A stretch of 61,452 nucleotides of DNA from positions 1 to 61,452 of the IMG/VR virus record IMGVR_UViG_3300045996_001309; one strand, 5' to 3'. The DNA comes from a virus. Its lineage: Duplodnaviria > Caudoviricetes. Positions 55,186-61,452 of this stretch are shown one piece after another (position 1 is the stretch's first letter; each line of letters begins with the position of its first letter). The position numbers and the translations under genes are program-made. The notes below the pieces were generated by a model that made no database searches, was not told where the DNA came from, and was given only the letters and a program-made list of their open reading frames with translations.

Positions 55186-55295
55186 TTGCGATCAGCGGCG
55201 ATGTGTGGGAAGCTCTTTTTCGCCAGAAATCGAGCTTCTTTTCAGCAGCCGATACAGCCCGTCCCTCTCGCCAGAGGGGCGGGTTTGCTGTTTCT
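55186..55295 (+). ncRNA. Candidate counter-transcribed antisense RNA (promoter to terminator) upstream of the rep-like gene
   Basis: TTGCGA-N17-GAAGCT, then a hairpin GCCCGTCCCTCT-CGCC-AGAGGGGCGGGT with a T-rich tail. Confidence 0.45.
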
Positions 55296-55391
55296 GGGTC
55301 TCTCTCTCGGCAGTCTCCCGAGATTGCGCGCGGGATTGCGCGCAGCGCGCATGGTCGCGCAAAAATGCTCTCAGGGCAAGGTAGGTGAGCG

Positions 55392-55742
55392 ATGACAACC
55401 AACATTCGCCGTATCGACAGCTTACCGCGCGCCGTCTACACAGGGACGGACGAGCCGATCAAGATTAAAGATCCGATCTATCCTCGCACTAACGAAATTC
55501 GCAGAGGGTCACGCCTAAAATTCTATGGGCATTCTGTTGAGAACCCTCAACTGTGGACAGTCGAGGACATCATAAGCATCTCAAAAGACGAGCGCGGCGA
55601 ATGGCTGAAGCATTCAGTGACCCCGGCGAGAACGCTACGAGATATTGTGGTGCTTCGTTGTGATAAACCGTGGAAGCGAACCTCTCTGACGCTCAAGTGG
55701 ATTGTTACGTCGGCCGCATGGAGATTGGATGTCAAGTCATGA
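55392..55742 (+). CDS. Hypothetical protein
   Basis: AGGTGA RBS. Confidence 0.6.
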   Translation: MTTNIRRIDSLPRAVYTGTDEPIKIKDPIYPRTNEIRRGSRLKFYGHSVENPQLWTVEDIISISKDERGEWLKHSVTPARTLRDIVVLRCDKPWKRTSLTLKWIVTSAAWRLDVKS

Positions 55743-55927
55743 CCAACAACAAGATCATCGAGGCTGTGGCACGGGCGCTCTGTACCGCTAATGGAATGGC
55801 CGTGGAGGCGCCTGTTAGTGAGGGGCCTCTAAGCGGACAGCCGCAATGGCGGCTATTCGAGGATGAGGCGCGCGCTGCGATCGAGGCTTACGAGGCGGAG
55901 ATCGTCGCCGCCCTGACGCGCGGCTAA
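55739..55927 (+). CDS. Hypothetical protein
   Basis: IEAVARALC...W..F..EARAAI motif. Confidence 0.6.
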   Translation: MTNNKIIEAVARALCTANGMAVEAPVSEGPLSGQPQWRLFEDEARAAIEAYEAEIVAALTRG

Positions 55928-56112
55928 TCCTTTCCGCCCAGCTCCGACTTGATTTCCGCCTCAGAATGAGTCGTGAAATACCATAGCGCCACGGCGGCTG
56001 GTCCCGTAAGCGTGCTGGCGATGATCAATATCATCAGCCACATGCCTTCGCGGCTGATGCGTCTGCGGTGCCCTGGCTCGATAGGGTTGTCGTCCTCCAG
56101 CCGATCGTTCAC
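55924..56112 (-). CDS. Small single-TM protein
   Basis: Hydrophobic segment, coupled to the upstream gene. Confidence 0.45.
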   Translation of the reverse strand: MNDRLEDDNPIEPGHRRRISREGMWLMILIIASTLTGPAAVALWYFTTHSEAEIKSELGGKD

Positions 56113-56321
56113 AGCGCTAGGTCCACCAGCACCCGCAACACGCGCTTCGCCAGTTCGACATTCCGTGCCGTCGCGACCGGATCAGCGCACAAATTCGGCA
56201 ACCGCGCCTTGACGCGCTCTATCGCGCAGGCTGCCACGACGCGCTCCTCTGTGGTGCTGGTAGTGACTGTCGAGCAGCCGGCGAGCGCTAGGGCGGCGAC
56301 GGCAATAAGCGTGCGCGTCAC
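56109..56321 (-). CDS. Lipoprotein (o-spanin candidate)
   Basis: LAGC lipobox, in the lysis region. Confidence 0.6.
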   Translation of the reverse strand: MTRTLIAVAALALAGCSTVTTSTTEERVVAACAIERVKARLPNLCADPVATARNVELAKRVLRVLVDLAL

Positions 56322-56626
56322 GGTTTGTCCTCTCTCTCTGGATTGTTGATCGCGATAGCGACGGGCTGCTCCTGGTTGCCGTTGCCGGGCTTAGTCGCGG
56401 CTGCGGCAAGCGCGGCATCTTTGCCCTGTGACCCGGAGCTGCTCCCCGTCCAGAAATTAACGGTGGTGGTCGCGTTCGCGATCACCGCCCCGACTACCAG
56501 AAGCAGGATGCTCGTGTCACGCAGGAAGAAAGCGACAATCACGGTCCCGGCGAATATGAGCTGGGACAGTACGGACACGCCGATCTGCCCATAGACCGAG
56601 ATATTTTTTTGGTCCATTCCAATCAA
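56318..56626 (-). CDS. Holin-like two-TM membrane protein
   Basis: Two TM segments followed by VNFWTGSSSGSQGKD. Confidence 0.7.
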   Translation of the reverse strand: MIGMDQKNISVYGQIGVSVLSQLIFAGTVIVAFFLRDTSILLLVVGAVIANATTTVNFWTGSSSGSQGKDAALAAAATKPGNGNQEQPVAIAINNPEREDKP

Positions 56627-56931
56627 CTCTTCAGCTCGTCCGGCACCTTGCCGCCGTTTTCGGCGAGCTTGCGCATGACCTCCTTGTGCAGCCAGACGTT
56701 CATCTCCGCTGAATCCCGCACGCTGCCGGTGTAGCCAAGCTCACGCGCCAGCTCGCGGCGAGCGTTGAAGCTGCTGTCGAGATCGAGCAGCTTCATCAGA
56801 TCGACGATCGAGCCGCGCCAATATAGCTTTTCGCTGCGGTTGAACGCCTTGGCATCGAGATCGGCGGCGACATCGAAGGCACTCGGCGGATCGCCGAAAA
56901 TCTTATCGAGGATCAGCTTTAGGATGCTCAT
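56623..56931 (-). CDS. DUF3597 family protein
   Basis: WRGSIVDLMKLLDLDSS..AR.ELA.ELGY...SAEMNVWLHK.VM.KLAENGGKVP. Confidence 0.85.
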   Translation of the reverse strand: MSILKLILDKIFGDPPSAFDVAADLDAKAFNRSEKLYWRGSIVDLMKLLDLDSSFNARRELARELGYTGSVRDSAEMNVWLHKEVMRKLAENGGKVPDELKS

Positions 56932-56950
56932 GATTGTCTCCGTTTTAGGG

Positions 56951-56978
56951 TTGCACGGTATAAAAACAATGATATATT
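56951..56978 (+). promoter_or_regulatory. Moron promoter
   Basis: TTGCAC-N16-TATATT in AT-rich intergenic DNA. Confidence 0.55.
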
Positions 56979-57008
56979 GTCAGTGTCATCAACACTAGGA
57001 ACGACAGA

Positions 57009-57467
57009 ATGTCGGAACAGTATCAGGGTGAGGATTTTGCTTCGTATATCGAAGGCCAGCGCACCGAGCTAAGGGAGGCGCGGAGAAGTGCTGTGATGGC
57101 TCGTAAGCAGATGATTGCGGAGATGGACGCCGAGATCGCAAGACTCGATAGCGAGTTCGCCGCGATCGACGCCTACGAGCGTATTAAGAGCGGCAAGATG
57201 GCACCGCAGCACACACAGCGTCGAGATGGTCGCGTACCACACGGCAGCCGGCGCGTAGCGATCATGCGGGTTCTCGGCAACGCGCCGGACGGCATGACGC
57301 GAGCAGAATTGCTTGAAGCGCTTGGCGTCATGGGGGATAAGCGCGTAGAGAACATCGTCTCTAACGCGATGGACGGTCTCAAGAAACGCGGGATACTCTA
57401 CCGCAGCGAAGACGGCCGATGGTACTCGACGCAGGTTCAGCAAGACGAGCGCCAGGAGGCGGAATAG
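57009..57467 (+). CDS. Coiled-coil + winged-helix DNA-binding protein (moron)
   Basis: N-terminal coiled coil, basic linker and a GMTRAELLEAL...VSNAM..LKKRG....GRW winged HTH. Confidence 0.75.
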   Translation: MSEQYQGEDFASYIEGQRTELREARRSAVMARKQMIAEMDAEIARLDSEFAAIDAYERIKSGKMAPQHTQRRDGRVPHGSRRVAIMRVLGNAPDGMTRAELLEALGVMGDKRVENIVSNAMDGLKKRGILYRSEDGRWYSTQVQQDERQEAE

Positions 57468-57689
57468 GGTATAGTGAGGTTGCTGTGGCGGCGCGTGGTT
57501 CGCTCGATCGAGCGTTGATGCTGAGAAGCGGAGACGGGTGTGATCCGGGGCGACGGTACAGACACACCAGCGACTAAGCCCATCGAGCCCCGCAGCACTG
57601 AGCGAGGAGAGAGTTCTGGAGCATCAGCCGTCGTGATGCTCGCGGCCAAAGCTTAGCTCTCATAAAGATCACGGCACCCTCGCGCAGAG

Positions 57690-57715
57690 CAGCCGCCTCC
57701 GGGCGGCTGTTTCTG
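57690..57715 (+). terminator. Rho-independent terminator
   Basis: CAGCCGCC-TCCG-GGCGGCTG followed by TTTCT. Confidence 0.75.
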
Positions 57716-57717
57716 TC

Positions 57718-58386
57718 TCAGGTCGGATATTCCTTGCGATAGGCAAGCCACGTCGCACGCGAGCGCGGACCCCAATCGCCGTCTGCCGGCCCGGTATCAA
57801 AACCAAATGCCGTCAGCTCTCGCTGCGCTTTCTTCGCGGCTCGCGCTAGGCTGGCGAGGGCTTTCACCAGTTTTTCAGGTGGCGGTGATTGCGGCTCTGC
57901 TGGCAGCGCGCTCAGATACAGTGCGCGCTCTTCTTCTCGGCGCCGCACTAGCCCCTTGATGACTTTGCCGCCAGCCCTGTTCCAGGAACGGAAGGCATCG
58001 GCGGCGCTCGCGTAATCGCCAGCCTTGTGATGTCGAGCGACGCTGGAATTTCGGAACCCGTTCCCTTCGTTTTTCGGCGTGTCAGGATTGTCGAACTTAC
58101 CGCCGCCGATATTCCAGGCCAGCGATACCATCGCATCAAACTGCGCCTGCGTGACCGGAGCGTGACCGATTGCTTCCATCACCGCCGGCTCGAACTCGTT
58201 TGCCAATCGAGTGACTAAACGTTCTTCGGCTTCCTGTTTAGTGATTTCCATCCCAGAGTGAACATTCTTTGTATCGCCGTATCCGATTGTCCAGACTGGC
58301 GGGTTGGCAATCTGGTCAAGATAAGCCGTTAGCTCACACCCTTCGTTGCGGCGGATCATATTGAGTCCGATAGAGCTTGTTTTCAT
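57718..58386 (-). CDS. Endolysin (GH24 lysozyme + C-terminal PG-binding domain)
   Basis: EGCELTAYLD...WTIGYG, QAQFDAMVSLAWNIG, GLVRRREEE and ADGDWGPRS motifs. Confidence 0.95.
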   Translation of the reverse strand: MKTSSIGLNMIRRNEGCELTAYLDQIANPPVWTIGYGDTKNVHSGMEITKQEAEERLVTRLANEFEPAVMEAIGHAPVTQAQFDAMVSLAWNIGGGKFDNPDTPKNEGNGFRNSSVARHHKAGDYASAADAFRSWNRAGGKVIKGLVRRREEERALYLSALPAEPQSPPPEKLVKALASLARAAKKAQRELTAFGFDTGPADGDWGPRSRATWLAYRKEYPT

Positions 58387-58469
58387 GTTTGTCTCTTGCT
58401 AAAATTCGAGACGGTTGTCTGGAGCCAACCCGACTGTCTCTGACCAACTTCGCCCCGGAGTAAGCGACG

Positions 58470-59102
58470 ATGGATACTCGTAAACCACGTCAAAAAGTTA
58501 TTATCGGCCAGAGATACGGTCGATGGACAATAATTTCTCGCGCGGAATCAGTTTTACGGTCAGATGGATACAAGAAGCCGTATTGGCTTTGTGAATGCGG
58601 ATGTGGAGTCCGGAGAATAGTTTCCGAAGAGAGTTTCCGTTATGGGAGATCAAGTAGTTGTGGTTGCCTTCATCGAGAGTCGGTAACAAAACACGGTCAA
58701 AGTAACTCTTATCTTTATAAGAGCTGGTTCTGCATGAAACAACGATGCTGTAATCCAAGATCAGATCAGTACAAAGACTACGGCGGAAGGGGAATAAAGA
58801 TATGCGATGCCTGGATAGCAAGTTTCCAGGCATTTGCTGACGACATGGGGCCACGCCCAAGGGGCCACACTTTAGACAGGATGGATGTTAATGGAGATTA
58901 TAATAAAGAGAATTGCCGATGGGCTACGCCGCGAATGCAATCTGGGAATACTCGAACAAACAGATGGTTAGAATGGAGGGGGCAGAAAATGATACTCCAA
59001 GACGCCGCACGAATCTCAGGAATAGGGAAGGGGACTATAAGGCAGCGCTTATCATTGGGGTGGTCGGTTGAGGACGCTCTGGAGACGCCGGTAATGAGGT
59101 GA
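58470..59102 (+). CDS. HNH homing endonuclease-like protein
   Basis: WLCECGCG, SCGC, YGGRGIKIC..W and TLDRMDVNGDY..ENCRWAT. Low GC, opposite strand. Confidence 0.9.
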   Translation: MDTRKPRQKVIIGQRYGRWTIISRAESVLRSDGYKKPYWLCECGCGVRRIVSEESFRYGRSSSCGCLHRESVTKHGQSNSYLYKSWFCMKQRCCNPRSDQYKDYGGRGIKICDAWIASFQAFADDMGPRPRGHTLDRMDVNGDYNKENCRWATPRMQSGNTRTNRWLEWRGQKMILQDAARISGIGKGTIRQRLSLGWSVEDALETPVMR

Positions 59103-59106
59103 TATT

Positions 59107-59289
59107 TTAGTGTCTTCTAGTTATTTTTATCCCAATAGGATATTGCACCGTCCGATACACCTCCCCGGTGTAGGTCATTTCACGGACTGACACAGAGCCG
59201 GTCTCGATGTCGGCGGCTTGCGCGCCCCTGATTTCGCTATAATCGGTGAGATCGACCACCATGTGCGCGGCATCTATTGGCTGCATCAC
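59107..59289 (-). CDS. Hypothetical protein
   Basis: Coupled to the response regulator gene, with a GGAG RBS. Confidence 0.5.
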   Translation of the reverse strand: MMQPIDAAHMVVDLTDYSEIRGAQAADIETGSVSVREMTYTGEVYRTVQYPIGIKITRRH

Positions 59290-59678
59290 GGCGCCACTCC
59301 CCGCTGTATTGGGCCATGCAAATCTTGGATTGGAGACCGCGCGTGCCGCGCAATGACATCTCTCAGATCACGCGGCAGAAACGGCTTTTTAAGGACGGCG
59401 ACGAACAGATTATCATCGGCGGTGAGACGGCTTCCCGTCATCCCGACGAGAGGAGTATGACAAAACGGCTCGGGTAGCAATTTGACGCGACTCGCGAGAG
59501 TATTTCCGTCTATACCAGTGAGCCTGATGTCTATCAACGCCATTGCGTAGTACACGCTTCTCATTTTGTACAGGGCGGTCAATCCATCGATCGAGTAATC
59601 TGCATAATACCCCTCATCACGAACAGCCTCCACTAGCCATTCAACGATTTCAGGCATGTCATCGACAATGAGGATCAT
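59286..59678 (-). CDS. Single-domain response regulator (CheY-like receiver)
   Basis: ILIVDD, ALIDIRL..IDG, MTG and KPF motifs. Confidence 0.9.
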   Translation of the reverse strand: MILIVDDMPEIVEWLVEAVRDEGYYADYSIDGLTALYKMRSVYYAMALIDIRLTGIDGNTLASRVKLLPEPFCHTPLVGMTGSRLTADDNLFVAVLKKPFLPRDLRDVIARHARSPIQDLHGPIQRGVAP

Positions 59679-60043
59679 TCGCTGCCGTGCCTCGATCGCA
59701 TTGTGCGCCAGATTTCGGCAATCGTTTCTTGAAACTCCCGGCGCCGTGGATATTCTGACATTTGCGCCGCTATCGCACGGACATCATCAGAGCATTCCTT
59801 TCGTCCCTCGCGCATCTCCTGACGGCTTTCTCTAAGCTCCTGTCGCGTATCTGAGACTTGCCGCTCTATATTTGATAGCTTAGAGCCGATATAGTCATCT
59901 CTAGCTACGAATTTTTCGTCTATCGCGCGACGGCGTTCATTCGCATTATACACAAACCACGCCACTATAAACGGCACGGAGGCTGTCATTATAAGCTGGA
60001 TAAGGCGCAGGAAATCCCAACTCTCAACCATTTGTGTCGGCAT
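59675..60043 (-). CDS. Single-TM coiled-coil protein (lysis-associated candidate)
   Basis: N-terminal TM segment followed by a coiled coil. Confidence 0.65.
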   Translation of the reverse strand: MPTQMVESWDFLRLIQLIMTASVPFIVAWFVYNANERRRAIDEKFVARDDYIGSKLSNIERQVSDTRQELRESRQEMREGRKECSDDVRAIAAQMSEYPRRREFQETIAEIWRTMRSRHGSE

Positions 60044-60096
60044 CAGACTACCGTGGCGTGTGGCGGCGGAACTAACCTATTTTCGATGTTAGCCAT
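60043..60096 (-). CDS. 17-aa leader ORF (MANIENRLVPPPHATVV)
   Basis: GGAG RBS. Its TGA overlaps the next ATG (TGATG). Confidence 0.4.
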   Translation of the reverse strand: MANIENRLVPPPHATVV

Positions 60097-60152
60097 CGCT
60101 CGTCTCCATGTGATCGGGCGGTGGTAGGTCCGGCCGGTCCACTGCTACTACG

Positions 60153-61452
60153 CTACTCGATCGTCGGGTGGTCGCAGTCGATGCCCCACTTCGATTTCGC
60201 CGAAAACGAGGCCGCCGTAAGCCCGGTGCGGGCATTCACCTCGGTGATCGGGGCGTCCAGATCACCGCGCGCAGCAAGTGCGCGAGCCCAGCACATAATC
60301 ATTCGGTCCTGGGTAATATACGTATCTTCCACCGCCCCGCCCGCGACATACCCGCTCGCAGGATTGGCTTGAGGCCGCATGACCCAAGCGTTCCCCGCCG
60401 ATGCGGTCGCCACCGGGATCACTGCCCCGCCCGGCGTGCAGGCCAGCCCCGAAATGTTTAATCCGCTAGGACTGCGAATATAAAACCATCGCGAACCACC
60501 ACACGCATTCCCAGCGTCATCAGGCTTAAACTCGGGAGGCCCGCTGTACGTTGTCCCTGGCATAGCTGTTATAAACACCGGCGATGATATCATGATCGGG
60601 TCATTGTCGCTCATGTTCATATCAGTCCACATGGAACTGAAGGTGGCGGCAGCGCTGCCGCCTCCAGTAAATGCCAGCGTCCGGCTTCCACCAAACCCGC
60701 CAATCCCAACATCATTAAAAGATGTCGCAAAAGCTGTCTGCCACGCTCCGTTCCATGTGGTTTGAATCAACGCGGCTGAGTAAGGGTTCGCGAAGTTACT
60801 GTGATACTCTATTGCGCAGTAGAAGGGGCTTATCCATGACCCACCATAGCAACCAGTCTGCCAATTTGTCGTCCTGGTAACAAGATCATCAAATCTAGCA
60901 TCGCGGGTCATACCCTTGCCCCACAGCCACGCGACAGTTCCCCATCGTGTCGTCAGACCATCGGCGCCTTGAGAGTTCAGGTCCATCGATCCAATCGTAT
61001 CCTGCCCTGCCGATTGGATCGCTTGCACGTCTTCCCAGAAATCCAAGTTCTCCATCAGGTAGTCTTCAATCAATCCCTTCTCAGGGTTTGCCGAGCTACC
61101 CATAACAGACGCACTTATAACGCCCTTTAGAGCGCCGGGTGTACGCGCATCCGATCCGAAGATATACGTGGCATAATAAATCCTCCCGGTCCCGCCGATC
61201 TGCTTTATCCGACCCGAAGTGAAGCCGTTATCAGGGTATGCGGTATAGGCAACAACTGTAGTGTTGGCGTCTATATACAGTCCGTCGAGATAAGCTCGTG
61301 ACCCCGTAATGAGCCACGGGTAGTAAGGATCGTGCGACCGATGCCCCCCGGCGTTAGGGCCATTACCACCTGATAGATACACCGCTCCTGATGAATTGTT
61401 GACGTTGGTCCCCACCCCGCCAGGAGGTGCCAGCATATCGTGTGTCAGACCT
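60153..61452 (-). CDS. 3' part of the junction-spanning lyase-like protein starting at 2044
   Basis: In frame across the terminal repeat. H.SHDPYYPWLITGSRAYLDGL resembles the helical catalytic region of this lyase-like family. Confidence 0.8.
   Translation of the reverse strand, partial: GLTHDMLAPPGGVGTNVNNSSGAVYLSGGNGPNAGGHRSHDPYYPWLITGSRAYLDGLYIDANTTVVAYTAYPDNGFTSGRIKQIGGTGRIYYATYIFGSDARTPGALKGVISASVMGSSANPEKGLIEDYLMENLDFWEDVQAIQSAGQDTIGSMDLNSQGADGLTTRWGTVAWLWGKGMTRDARFDDLVTRTTNWQTGCYGGSWISPFYCAIEYHSNFANPYSAALIQTTWNGAWQTAFATSFNDVGIGGFGGSRTLAFTGGGSAAATFSSMWTDMNMSDNDPIMISSPVFITAMPGTTYSGPPEFKPDDAGNACGGSRWFYIRSPSGLNISGLACTPGGAVIPVATASAGNAWVMRPQANPASGYVAGGAVEDTYITQDRMIMCWARALAARGDLDAPITEVNARTGLTAASFSAKSKWGIDCDHPTIE
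61298..61452. repeat. Terminal direct repeat, right copy
   Basis: Matches 1-155 with two mismatches. Confidence 0.97.

Noticed and set aside
57468-57689. tRNA or a known ncRNA in the intergenic gap
   Set aside because: I could not see a cloverleaf, a T-arm GTTC motif in proper context, or any recognisable family motif.
60153-61436. Stand-alone 427-aa protein
   Set aside because: It is the C-terminal part of the junction-spanning gene that starts at 2044.

Overview
The window is an apparently complete circular genome (about 61,297 bp; bases 1-155 recur at 61298-61452 with 2 mismatches) of a GC-rich, probably temperate podovirus with a T7/BPP-1-like virion module. Its gene content suggests an alphaproteobacterial host. 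The minus strand carries TerS, TerL, portal, scaffold, major capsid, adaptor, nozzle and three ejection proteins. It also carries a Sak4/SSB/Cas4-like/primase-helicase replication block and a lysis region. A cI/cro switch with visible operators is present, but I could not recognise an integrase, an RNA polymerase or a T7 gp17-type tail fibre. The most striking feature is a run of six consecutive genes (7821 to 1, continuing across the junction to 60153) whose products all start with export signal peptides, most with paired cysteines. They look like a head-spike/fibre assembly line: an RcGTA Rcc01079-like spike base, a GFGFSFG anchor peptide, a repeat fibre, a three-domain branching adaptor, and two enzymes (an esterase and a lyase-like protein) sharing an identical 13-aa mature N-terminal tag, KPPFQRGGHSGGG. 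Other oddities are a six-fold tandem adaptor protein, an ART-like insert in the large ejection protein, an iteron array, a Rep plus antisense-RNA module, a stand-alone response regulator in the lysis region and a Rok/H-NS-like moron. All family assignments come from motif recognition by eye; no searches were run.
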